Translations under genes and position numbers: made by a program
NCBI GenBank assembly: GCA_022340315.1
Contig: JAJDOD010000073.1
Span: 8,946-72,945, forward strand
Direction of reading: 5' to 3'
Length of the DNA stretch: 64,000 nucleotides
Source of the DNA: Silicimonas sp.
GTDB lineage: Bacteria > Pseudomonadota > Alphaproteobacteria > Rhodobacterales > Rhodobacteraceae
Notes under the pieces: model-generated
Databases searched by the model: none
What the model saw: only the letters and a program-made list of their open reading frames with translations
Told to the model about the DNA's origin: nothing
Part shown: positions 1-9,500 of the stretch, piece by piece
How the letters are laid out: the number at the start of each line of letters is the position of its first letter
Numbering within the stretch: the first letter of the stretch is position 1

Positions 1-340
1 GCCGCCCGAAGTTGGTGAAAGGCTGGCCCCACTCGAAGTTCAGCTCGGGGAAGGCCAACTGGAAGGCGATGAAGACGCCGACAAGGAACCCCGCAACGCC
101 CCAGAAGGCGGTGGCGATGACCCCTGCCCTCACCACGCCGTCGTCGTAACCCGATATCGGGTCGGGCGCGAGCGCAGCAGGCTCGCCGGTGTTCCTGAGA
201 ACCCAGATGAACATGCCTGCCGCGATGAGCATGATGAGAAAGGCGTGAACCTGATACGCCAGGTCCCTGCCCCAGTTGACCGCGATCGCCGCGACGATCG
301 CGACGATGCCGAGTAGTATGAGTTTTATGAAGTTACCCAT
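1..340 (-). CDS. ccoN: cbb3-type cytochrome c oxidase subunit I (CcoN), N-terminal ~113 codons; gene continues past the window start
   Basis: Minus-strand ATG at 340-338. Translation is [34 protein letters not shown]...[41 protein letters not shown], which resembles the conserved CcoN N-terminus. Missing from the ORF track only because it is open at the window edge. A perfect FNR box lies upstream. Confidence 0.85.
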   Translation of the reverse strand, partial: MGNFIKLILLGIVAIVAAIAVNWGRDLAYQVHAFLIMLIAAGMFIWVLRNTGEPAALAPDPISGYDDGVVRAGVIATAFWGVAGFLVGVFIAFQLAFPELNFEWGQPFTNFGR

Positions 341-413
341 TCTCTGTCCCCGAATCCGAGCGCCGAAGCGCATTCATTGGGGCTGGGTTTAGGGTGAGGC
401 CTCGGCGCTCACC

Positions 414-427
414 TTGATCTGCATCAA
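414..427. promoter_or_regulatory. FNR/FnrL box TTGATCTGCATCAA upstream of ccoN
   Basis: Perfect match to the TTGAT-N4-ATCAA palindrome. The centre lies about 80 nt upstream of the ccoN ATG (340, minus strand). Identical 14-mer to the one at 1174-1187. Confidence 0.75.
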
Positions 428-440
428 GTCGTCTTGATTG

Positions 441-1184
441 TCAGATGATTACGCCGCCATCGGCGTCATCGCCGGTCGCTTCGAGAAGGGCCGCGTGATC
501 GGCGACGGTGAAGCGGCGGCGGTCGGTGAAGGACAGAATGCCCTCTTTACGGAACTGGCTGAACTGCCGGCTGACGGTCTCGAGCGTCAGTCCGAGATAA
601 CTCGCGATCTCCTCGCGGGTCAGTGGCAGGGTCATTTCCTGCATTCCGGAGCCTTCGATATGGCTGCGCTGCACCAGCATCTGGATGAAACTCGCCAGCT
701 TCTCGCGCGCAGTCTTGCGTCCGAGAAGCACCATCCAGTCGCGGGCCGCGTCAAGCTCGTCCATCGCCATTTCGACCAGGCGCTGCGATATGTGTGGCGT
801 TTCGACCAGAAGCTTCTCGAAAGGCTTTCGCTCGAACGAGCACAGCACCACATCGGTCGCCGCGGTGACGTCGAAATCGAGCGTCTTGCGGCCGGGGTGG
901 CCGATGAAATCCGATGGCAACAACAGCCCGACCATCTGCACGCGGCCATCGTCGAGCGTCTTTGACAAGGTGGCGATTCCGGACACGACGGATGAGACGT
1001 GATGCAGATCGTCGCCCCGCCAGATGATCGTCTCACCGGCCCGGAAACTGCGGTAGGACTTGATCTTTTCCAGCCGCTCCAACTCGGTATCGTCACAGCG
1101 CGCGCAGACAGCCCTATGGCGGATGGGGCATTCACTGCATTTCATGCGTTCTGTGAGTTGTACGCTCATTCTGTTGATCTGCAT
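441..1184 (-). CDS. fnrL: Crp/Fnr-family oxygen-sensing transcription regulator (FnrL type)
   Basis: N-terminal Cys cluster CSECPIRHRAVCARC plus a central Cys (VLCSF), a cNMP-binding-like core, and a C-terminal HTH (LTREEIASYLGLTLETVSRQFS). Located between ccoN and hemN as in Rhodobacter. Start is ambiguous: ATG 1184 (inside the FNR box) or ATG 1169. The ORF-track start at 1247 would overlap hemN. Confidence 0.85.
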   Translation of the reverse strand: MQINRMSVQLTERMKCSECPIRHRAVCARCDDTELERLEKIKSYRSFRAGETIIWRGDDLHHVSSVVSGIATLSKTLDDGRVQMVGLLLPSDFIGHPGRKTLDFDVTAATDVVLCSFERKPFEKLLVETPHISQRLVEMAMDELDAARDWMVLLGRKTAREKLASFIQMLVQRSHIEGSGMQEMTLPLTREEIASYLGLTLETVSRQFSQFRKEGILSFTDRRRFTVADHAALLEATGDDADGGVII

Positions 1185-1187
1185 CAA
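1174..1187. promoter_or_regulatory. FNR/FnrL box TTGATCTGCATCAA in the fnrL-hemN divergent region
   Basis: Second exact copy of the 14-mer. It ends 34 nt before the hemN ATG (1222) and overlaps or abuts the candidate fnrL start codons. Confidence 0.75.
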
Positions 1188-1221
1188 GGTTCGTTCCCGA
1201 GTGACACGGTACAGCACGGAC

Positions 1222-2571
1222 ATGGAAGATAAAGCCGTTCTGGACAAATATGGGTTGTTCCGCGCGAAAGTGCCGCGGTTTACAAGCTATCCGCCTGCCA
1301 ACCGTTTCGAGTTGGACACGGGGCGGAGGTATCAGGCGGACTGGCTGACCACCTTACCCGCGGATAAGGCCGTGTCGCTTTATGTCCACATCCCGTTCTG
1401 CCGCAGGCTTTGCTATTTCTGCGCCTGCCGGACCCAGGGGACCCAGACGCTGGCCCCGGTGGCGGCCTATGTCGGCACGCTCATCGCCGAGATACAGGCG
1501 GTCAAGCGGCTGTTGCCTCCGACCATCGGCATGGCACGGCTGCATTTTGGCGGGGGCACGCCGACGCTGCTGGATACGGAGCTGATGAACCGCCTTTGCG
1601 AGGCGATTTTCTCGACCTTCGCGCCAAGTCCCGATTTCGAGTTCTCGGTCGAGATCGACCCGACCGAAGCCTCCGACAGCGTTCTCGACACGCTCGGCGC
1701 CTGGCGGCTGGGTCGCGCCAGCATCGGCGTTCAGGACTTCGAACCGAGAGTTCAAAAGGCGATCGGCCGCGTGCAGAGCTTCGAGCAGACAAAGTCGGTC
1801 GTCGACCGTCTGCGCGGGCTTGGCGTTGACAGCATCAATTTCGATCTTGTCTACGGGCTTCCATTTCAGACACGGGAAAGCCTGAACGAGACCCTGCAGG
1901 ATGTTCTGTCGCTGGCGCCTGATCGCCTTGCGCTCTACGGCTACGCCCATGTGCCGCACATGTCCAAGCGGCAGGTGCTCATTCCGTCGGAGGACCTGCC
2001 AGACACCCGCGGACGCTTCTCGCTGGCCGAGCTTGCCCGCGAGCGCCTGATGGCAGACGGCTACAGCGCCATCGGCATAGATCACTTCGGGCTTCCGAAC
2101 GACAGTCTGGCAAAGGCCGCCGCCGAAGGCCGCCTCCGCCGGAATTTCCAGGGCTATACCGACGATCCGTGCAGGACCCTGATCGGGTTCGGTGCCTCGG
2201 CCATTTCCGAATTCGCACAGGGCTATGTACAGAACGCGGTTGCAACGGCGGGCTATGCGGGACGGATTGCAAATGGTGTGCTGGCCGGACATCGCGGTTA
2301 TGCCATGTCAGTTCGGGATCACATGGTCTCGGACCTTGTGCAGGGGCTGATGTGCTATGGAAGGATCGACACCGAGGCCCTCGCTGCGGCGCATCCGAAG
2401 ATGGCCGACGAGGCGCGAATCATATGCGCCTATATCGCAACCGAGTTCAGCGATGCCGTGAAGGTTTCCGCGACCGGCCTGGAGATCCGCGAGGATGCCC
2501 GCAGCCTGACGCGCGTCATCGCCAGCACGGCCACACAGGACGGTGTCGAAACCGGCAGCCTCGCCATCTGA
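1222..2571 (+). CDS. hemN: oxygen-independent coproporphyrinogen III oxidase (radical SAM, HemN/HemZ)
   Basis: Radical-SAM motif HIPFCRRLCYFCAC and N-terminal block PRFTSYPPANRF. 449 aa from ATG 1222. The ORF-track extension from 1060 overlaps fnrL and has no homology logic. Confidence 0.9.
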   Translation: MEDKAVLDKYGLFRAKVPRFTSYPPANRFELDTGRRYQADWLTTLPADKAVSLYVHIPFCRRLCYFCACRTQGTQTLAPVAAYVGTLIAEIQAVKRLLPPTIGMARLHFGGGTPTLLDTELMNRLCEAIFSTFAPSPDFEFSVEIDPTEASDSVLDTLGAWRLGRASIGVQDFEPRVQKAIGRVQSFEQTKSVVDRLRGLGVDSINFDLVYGLPFQTRESLNETLQDVLSLAPDRLALYGYAHVPHMSKRQVLIPSEDLPDTRGRFSLAELARERLMADGYSAIGIDHFGLPNDSLAKAAAEGRLRRNFQGYTDDPCRTLIGFGASAISEFAQGYVQNAVATAGYAGRIANGVLAGHRGYAMSVRDHMVSDLVQGLMCYGRIDTEALAAAHPKMADEARIICAYIATEFSDAVKVSATGLEIREDARSLTRVIASTATQDGVETGSLAI

Positions 2572-2614
2572 GAGTGTCTTTTCCCCGGTCGCAGGCTCTG
2601 CTAGGCCCCGGCGC

Positions 2615-4459
2615 ATGTTGCGTATCGACGATATCCGCTTTGCCATCGAAGGCCGCCCCCTGTTCGAAGGGGCGTCCGCCGACATCCCCGACGGCCACAA
2701 GGTCGGGTTCGTCGGCCGGAACGGGACCGGAAAGACCACGCTTTTCAGGCTGATACGGGGTGAACTTGCGCTGGAAAGCGGCACGATCACCGTCAAGCGG
2801 GGTGCGCGGATTGGCGGCGTTTCGCAGGAAGTGCCGGGTTCGGAGACCTCGCTTCTGGACACGGTTCTGGAAGCCGATGCCGAGCGGGCCGCGCTTCTGG
2901 CCGAGGCCGAGACCGCGACCGACCCCTCGCGCGTGGCCGATATTCAGATGCGCCTGGCGGATATCGACGCCTGGTCGGCCGAGGCACGGGCGTCAACCAT
3001 TCTCAAGGGCCTGGGCTTCGGGCAGGCGCAGCAGGCGATGCCCTGCTCGGCCTTCTCGGGCGGCTGGCGGATGCGGGTCGCGCTGGCGGGCGTCCTGTTC
3101 GCCGCGCCGGACTTGCTGCTTTTGGACGAGCCAACCAACTATCTCGATCTGGAAGGCGCGCTGTGGCTGGAGAGTTACCTGGCGCGCTATCCGCATACAG
3201 TCGTCACCATCAGCCACGACCGGGGGCTTCTGAACCGGGCCGTGACCTCGATCCTGCACCTCGAAGATCGGAAGCTTTCCCTCTATTCGGGCGCTTACGA
3301 CACGTTTGCCGAAACGCGCGCCGCCCGGCTGGCGGCCGCCGAGGCGGAGGCGAAGAAGCAGGAGGCCCGGCGCGCGCATCTGCAATCCTTCGTGGACCGT
3401 TTCCGGGCCAAGGCGTCGAAGGCGGTCCAGGCGCAATCGCGGCTGAAGATGATCGCGAAGATGAAGCCGATCACGACACCGCAGGAGGCTGCGCTCAAAA
3501 GGTTCACATTTCCGGAGCCCGAGGAGCTCTCGCCCCCCATCGTCAATATGGAGAGCGCAAGTGTCGGCTACGATGGAACGCCGGTGCTGTCGAAGCTTTC
3601 GCTTAGGATCGACCAGGACGACCGGATCGCATTGCTGGGTCAGAACGGCGAGGGCAAGTCGACTCTGTCGAAGTTGCTGGCGGGCAAGCTCGATCCTCTG
3701 GGCGGGCGGATCACGCGGGCGCGCAAGCTGCGCATTGGGTATTTCGCGCAACACCAGTTGGACGAACTTCACGCCGACGAGACACCGCTGGACCACATCC
3801 GGCGCGAGCGGCCGGAGGAGGCGCCGGGGAAACTTCGGGCGCGGCTGGCGGGTTTCGGGATCGGGGCCGAGCAAGCCGACACGGTGGCGGCACGGCTCTC
3901 GGGCGGGCAGAAGGCGCGGCTTTCGCTGTTGCTCGCAACGCTCGACGCGCCGCACATCCTGATCCTCGACGAGCCGACGAACCACCTGGACATGGAGAGC
4001 CGCGAAGCCCTGATCGAAGCGCTGGCAGGCTATTCGGGCGCGGTGGTCCTGGTGAGCCACGACATGCACTTGCTGTCGCACGTTGCGGACCGGCTCTGGC
4101 TGGTCAAGGACGGACGGGTGACACCGTTCGAGGAGGATCTCGAGGCGTACCGGCGGATGCTGCTGGATCAGCCCGCTCCAAGGGCCGAAAAGCCCCGGAA
4201 CAAGGAAACAAGACCTGCCCGCGCGACAATAGCCGAGTTGCGGCAGGCGGTTTCGACCGCGGAGGCGCGGGTCGAGAAGTTGACGGCCGTGCGCGAAAAG
4301 CTGGCGACCAAGCTGGCCGATCCGTCGATGTACGACGCCGCGCGCATCGGTGAAACGGAGGGCTGGCAGAGGAAGTTCGCCGAGGTCGAGAATGGGTTGG
4401 AACGCGCCGAGGCGTTGTGGCTCAAGGCCCTGGAACGGCTTGAAGCTGCTGGCGGTTGA
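2615..4459 (+). CDS. ABC-F family ATPase (two ABC domains, no membrane domain)
   Basis: Two Walker A motifs (GRNGTGKTT, GQNGEGKST), two signature motifs (FSGGWRMR, LSGGQKAR), an inter-domain linker, and a charged C-terminal coiled-coil tail. Start trimmed to MLRIDDIRFAIEG. Confidence 0.85.
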   Translation: MLRIDDIRFAIEGRPLFEGASADIPDGHKVGFVGRNGTGKTTLFRLIRGELALESGTITVKRGARIGGVSQEVPGSETSLLDTVLEADAERAALLAEAETATDPSRVADIQMRLADIDAWSAEARASTILKGLGFGQAQQAMPCSAFSGGWRMRVALAGVLFAAPDLLLLDEPTNYLDLEGALWLESYLARYPHTVVTISHDRGLLNRAVTSILHLEDRKLSLYSGAYDTFAETRAARLAAAEAEAKKQEARRAHLQSFVDRFRAKASKAVQAQSRLKMIAKMKPITTPQEAALKRFTFPEPEELSPPIVNMESASVGYDGTPVLSKLSLRIDQDDRIALLGQNGEGKSTLSKLLAGKLDPLGGRITRARKLRIGYFAQHQLDELHADETPLDHIRRERPEEAPGKLRARLAGFGIGAEQADTVAARLSGGQKARLSLLLATLDAPHILILDEPTNHLDMESREALIEALAGYSGAVVLVSHDMHLLSHVADRLWLVKDGRVTPFEEDLEAYRRMLLDQPAPRAEKPRNKETRPARATIAELRQAVSTAEARVEKLTAVREKLATKLADPSMYDAARIGETEGWQRKFAEVENGLERAEALWLKALERLEAAGG

Positions 4460-4692
4460 TTTGCGGGGCGCGTCGCCTCTTGCGATATTCGACGACACGC
4501 TTGAGTGCTCTGACACGAGACAATGGTATCCACGGCCTGGTCAGTCTTCGCACGATCGGCAGCGGTTTTGCAGCGAGCGGTCAACATGACCACGATGGCG
4601 CCAGGGCCGCTAGCGCTCGATCCTGGATTGCGCTTTAACCGAGAGTTGTGCGTGTCGCGGGGACGCGCCGCATGGGGATCGGGTGACGAAGC

Positions 4693-5478
4693 ATGGGGAT
4701 AAATGCAAACACGTTCGAGTTGTTGGCCGACTTCTCTCGCGAGTACAAAACCGACGATCCCAGCCTGATGCTCGGCCGGCAGGTGTTCCGGCCCGCACGA
4801 CATGGATCACAGCGGCACTTGCGACGCACGCTCGAGCGCTTGAGGCCGGACCTGCAGCCGGAGGATTTGTTTCAGCCGGATGGTTACGCCGAGCGCATGT
4901 TCGGCGCTCTCGGATTTCCCGACATCGAAACGCTCGACGCAAGCGACTGGGAGTTTCCCGACGGCGGCAGGGTTCACGTCCACGATTTGAACAGGCCTGT
5001 TCCGGACTCAATGCACGACCGATACGGTTTCATCTTCGACGGCGGGACATTGGAGCATGTCTTCAACGTACCCATTGCACTCGAGAACGTTTTCCGAATG
5101 CTCAAACCGGGTGGACGCATGATCGGGGTCAATCCGCTGAACGGGTTGCCGGGGCACGGCATGTACCAGTTCACGGCCGAACTGGTCTATGGCTTCTGGG
5201 GCCGAATTGCCAAGTGCCGGGTCAGGAGGGTTTGTGCTTATTCCGCGAGCGGGGGCCTTTATCGACGTGATATCAGCGACCCGGCCGAGGTCGGCCGAAG
5301 GACGATTTACCGGAGCATGCTGTTTCCGTTCAGCCGAATTCCTCCGGGGCGCATGTACCTGTTCTATGATGTCGAGAAAGTCGAAGGGGCGACGCTTGAC
5401 GGCGAAGCACTTCAGCCTGACTACCAGGTGCAGTGGAACGCCGCCGAAACAGCTCAGGACGGGCAAAAGAGCGCCTGA
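4693..5478 (+). CDS. class I SAM-methyltransferase-like protein (atypical motif I)
   Basis: Post-I/II-like blocks FIFDGGTLEHVFN and ENVFRMLKPGGRMI resemble Methyltransf_11-type folds. The expected GxGxG position reads SLMLGRQ. Assignment is from motif memory only. Confidence 0.5.
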   Translation: MGINANTFELLADFSREYKTDDPSLMLGRQVFRPARHGSQRHLRRTLERLRPDLQPEDLFQPDGYAERMFGALGFPDIETLDASDWEFPDGGRVHVHDLNRPVPDSMHDRYGFIFDGGTLEHVFNVPIALENVFRMLKPGGRMIGVNPLNGLPGHGMYQFTAELVYGFWGRIAKCRVRRVCAYSASGGLYRRDISDPAEVGRRTIYRSMLFPFSRIPPGRMYLFYDVEKVEGATLDGEALQPDYQVQWNAAETAQDGQKSA

Positions 5479-5494
5479 ATGGCGACGACCTTGA

Positions 5495-5788
5495 TCATGC
5501 GGGAACCGGCGGGGTTCTGAACCTGGCCTTCAGCACCTGCCAGAGCAGCGTCGCCGCCATCAGGCACCCCAGCGACGAGAAGGCGGTCATCGACAGCGAG
5601 CCGACAGACACCCCGTAGGCGAGCCACAAGGCATTGCCCCCGCATTGCAGCGCGTTGCGCGACGGGCTTTGCCGGGCGGCGCAGTCGGGCGAGCGCAGGT
5701 TCGAGACCAGTTGCGGCACCGAACTGGTCAGATTGGTCATCCCGGCGGCAAAACCGAGAAGCTCGACCGAGCACAAAGCGGCGTCCAT
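5495..5788 (-). CDS. SemiSWEET / PQ-loop family small transporter
   Basis: About 97 aa with three predicted TM helices and a PQ motif (SSVPQLVSNLR). Trimmed to MDAALCSVELLGFAAG. Confidence 0.65.
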   Translation of the reverse strand: MDAALCSVELLGFAAGMTNLTSSVPQLVSNLRSPDCAARQSPSRNALQCGGNALWLAYGVSVGSLSMTAFSSLGCLMAATLLWQVLKARFRTPPVPA

Positions 5789-5974
5789 TTGTCTTCTCCT
5801 GCTTTGTCCCGGCGAGGACACTCTGGGTGGCGGTGGCCCCGGCGCCGGTGGTTAGGCGGGGGCGGTGAATGCCGGGAGTAATGCAGGTCAAAAGTTTCTG
5901 CCGTTTGTCCGCCCGTGGGCGCAAGGGCTTCAATTGTTTCAGTCCTGTGGCGACTGACTTTCAGGTGGCTCCCC

Positions 5975-6442
5975 TTACTCAGGCATCACCCAGCCCTGTT
6001 CGACCACCGCTTCCATTGCGACGTAGCTGTTGGTCGAACTCACATGCGGCAGGGTCGAGATCGCCTCGGCCATGACGGCGCGGAAATGCGGCATGTCGCG
6101 GGTACGGATCTTGAGCTGGTAGTCGAAGCCGCCGGCGATCATGTAGCATTCTTCCACCTCGGGGATCTTGCGGACGGCGGCGTTGAAGGCCTCGAGCGCT
6201 TTCTGCCGCGTATCCGACAGGTTGACCGAGACATAGCTCACATGGGTCAGCCCCAGCTTGATCGGCGAGAGCATGGCGCGGTAGCCGGTGATGACGCCGA
6301 TCTCCTCCATCTGGCGGATGCGCAGCGCCACCGGGGTCTTGGAAAGGCCCACGGCCTTGGCCAGTTCCGTGATGGGGATGCGCGCGTTCGCGACGAGGGC
6401 GTTCAGGATGCGACGATTGGTTTTGTCGATTTGGTCGTTCAT
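5975..6442 (-). CDS. putR: Lrp/AsnC-family transcription regulator, PutR-like, divergent from putA
   Basis: HTH_AsnC block (NRRILNALVANARIPITELAKAVGLSKTPVALRIRQMEE) followed by a RAM/AsnC_trans_reg C-terminal domain. Divergent arrangement with putA. Confidence 0.85.
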   Translation of the reverse strand: MNDQIDKTNRRILNALVANARIPITELAKAVGLSKTPVALRIRQMEEIGVITGYRAMLSPIKLGLTHVSYVSVNLSDTRQKALEAFNAAVRKIPEVEECYMIAGGFDYQLKIRTRDMPHFRAVMAEAISTLPHVSSTNSYVAMEAVVEQGWVMPE

Positions 6443-6563
6443 CCCAGATTTCTGCGTCATTTTGGGCGATCCGTCCATAGATCGGAAAATTTTGTCCGAA
6501 ATGCCCGAATGAAACCCGCTATTCTGGGCTCAACTTTGGATCACGCTTGAATGAGGTGCTGCC

Positions 6564-9500
6564 GTGGATAAGGTCGATTTTCCATCACTTGGAGCGGAGG
6601 CGAAATTCGCCGATGAGCAGGCCGTGCTGGCCGGGCTGGTGTCGCGGGCCGCGCTGACGGGAGATGAGCGCCAGCGGATCGCCAAGCGGGCGGCGCGGCT
6701 GGTCGAGCGCATTCGCACCGAAGCCAAGCCGTCGCTGATGGAACATTTCCTCGCCGAGTACGGACTGTCGACGCGCGAGGGTGTGGCCTTGATGTGCCTG
6801 GCCGAAGCCATGCTGCGGGTGCCGGATACCTTCACCATCGACGCGCTGATCGAGGACAAGATCGCGCCGTCGGAGTGGAACAAGCATATCGGCACTGCGA
6901 CCTCGTCGCTGGTCAATGCCTCGACCTGGGCACTGATGCTGACGGGCAAGGTGCTGGAGGACGAGAAACCGGGAATCGTAGGCACGCTGAGGGGCGCGGT
7001 GAAGCGGATGGGTGAGCCGCTTATTCGGGCCGCCGTGAAGCAGGCCATGAAGGAGATGGGGCGGCAGTTCGTTCTGGGCGAGACCATCGAGAAGGCGCTG
7101 GAGCGTGGCAAGACGCGGGAGGCGCAGGGCTATACATATTCCTTCGACATGCTGGGCGAAGCGGCGCGGACGAGAGCGGATGCCGAGCGCTATGCGCGCG
7201 ACTATGCCCATGCGATCAAGGCGATCGGGCGGGCGGCGAAGCATGACGCGATCGTTGATAACCCCGGCATCTCGATCAAGCTTTCGGCGCTGCATCCGCG
7301 CTATGAGGTGCCGCAGGAGGCACGGGTCATGGCAGAGCTGGTGCCGGTGGTGCAGCGGCTGGCGCGGCTGGCGCGTGACGTGGGCATAGCACTTCATGTC
7401 GATGCCGAGGAGCAGGACCGGTTGGCGCTGTCTTTCAAGGTGATCGACGCAGTTCTGGCAGACGAGCACCTGGCGGGATGGGACGGCTTCGGCGTGGTCG
7501 TGCAGGCTTACGGCAAACGCGCGGCTCCGGCGCTGGACGCGCTTTATTCGATGGCGGAGAAATATGACCGGAGGATCAACATCCGGCTGGTCAAGGGTGC
7601 CTACTGGGATACCGAGATGAAGCTGGCGCAGGTTGCCGGGCTGCCGAACTTCACACTTTTCACCTCGAAGACGGCGACGGATGTCTCGTATATCTGCCTG
7701 GCGAAGAAACTGTTCGGGATGACCGACCGGCTATTCCCGCAGTTCGCCACGCATAACGCGCATACCGTTGCGGCCGTGCTGGAACTGGCCGAGGGGCGGC
7801 CTTACGAGTTCCAGCGGCTACATGGCATGGGCGAGCGGCTGCATGACATCGTGCTGAAGGACACGGGCGGCCATTGCCGCATCTATGCCCCGGTGGGCGC
7901 GCACCGGGATTTGCTGGCGTACCTGGTGCGGCGGCTCCTGGAGAATGGGGCGAACTCGTCCTTCGTCCACCAGATCGTCGACGAAAGCGTGACGCCGGAG
8001 GAGATCGCGACCGATCCCTTCGCGGCGCTGGAGGCGGCCTCGGCACCGTCTGGGCTGGTGAAGCCGGCAGAGGTTTTCCAGCCCGAGCGGGGAAATGCTC
8101 GAGGTTGGGACATGTTCGACAAAGGCACACTGGCGGCGATTGCCGAAGCGCGGCGCGATCCGCCCGCAACGGGAGGCCCGGTGACCGTGCGGGCGCCTTC
8201 GGGCGAGGTGCGGGACGTGCTGAACCCGGCGACGGGGGCAAAGGTCGGCGAGGTGATGGAGGCCGACGAGGCGACAGTGGCGCGGGCATTGGAGGATGCG
8301 GCGATCTGGGACGCACCTGCATCCGAGCGGGCGGCGGTGCTGCGGCGGGCGGCCGATCTCTATGAAGAGAATTATGGGCCGCTCTTCGGGTTGTTGGCGG
8401 CGGAGGCCGGGAAAACGCTGCTCGATTGCATCGGCGAGGTGCGGGAAGCGGTTGATTTCCTGCGCTATTATGCCAGTCGCGGTGAGGACGATGCGCGCGG
8501 GCCGCGCGGGATGGTCACAGCGATCAGCCCGTGGAACTTCCCGCTGGCGATCTTCTCGGGACAGATCTCGGCAGCGCTGATGGCGGGGAACGCGGTGCTG
8601 GCGAAACCGGCGGAGCAGACGCCGTTGATTGCCACCTTCGCGGTGAAGCTGATGCACGATGCAGGTGTTCCGGCCTCGGCGTTGCAGCTACTGCCCGGTG
8701 CGGGCGCGACGGTGGGGGCGGCGCTGACCTCGGACGCGCGAGTAAAGGGCATTGTCTTCACCGGCTCGACCGCGACGGCGCAGCGGATCTCGCGCACGGC
8801 GGCGGCGAAGCTCGATCCGGGTACGCCGCTGATCGCGGAAACCGGTGGGCTGAATGCGATGATCGTGGATTCCACCGCTCTGCCCGAACAGGCAGTGCGC
8901 GACATCGTGGCTTCGGCCTTCCAGTCGGCGGGGCAGCGGTGCTCGGCGCTGCGGTGCCTCTACGTGCAGGAGGACAGCGCGGGCCACGTGATCGAGATGA
9001 TCAAGGGCGCGATGGACGAGTTGCGGCTTGGCGATCCGGCTGAACTCTCGACCGATGTCGGGCCGGTCATTGACCAGGCCGCGCGGGACAATATCGCGGG
9101 CTATATCGAGGCGCACCGGGCGAACGTGATGCACGAACTGGCGGTGCCCAAGAGCGGACATTTCATTGCGCCGACCATGATCCGGGTTTCGGGGATCGCA
9201 GAACTCGAGCGCGAGATCTTCGGGCCGGTTCTGCATGTGGCAACCTTCAAGGCTGACCAGGTGGAGAAGGTCGTGGCGGACATCAATGCGAAGGGCTTCG
9301 GCCTGACTTTCGGGCTCCACACGCGAATCGACAGCCGGGTGCAGGAGATCTGCGACGCGATCCACGTCGGCAACGCTTATGTGAACAGGAACCAGATCGG
9401 CGCCATCGTCGGCTCGCAACCATTCGGGGGCGAAGGCCTTTCGGGAACCGGGCCGAAGGCGGGCGGGCCGCTGTACCTGGACCGGTTCTTCGCGCCGGAA

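Noticed and set aside
2993-4516. 507-aa minus-strand ORF antisense to the first ABC-F gene
   Set aside because: Shadow frame of a clearly recognisable gene. The product is low-complexity and Arg/Pro/Leu-rich with no domain signature.
5789-5974. GC-rich, partly self-complementary 186-nt region upstream of the SemiSWEET gene considered as a riboswitch (a cobalamin-like GGTGAATGCCGGG string)
   Set aside because: The B12-like string is on the wrong strand for the downstream gene. No B12 box or other riboswitch core could be assembled. It is probably just a promoter/leader region.
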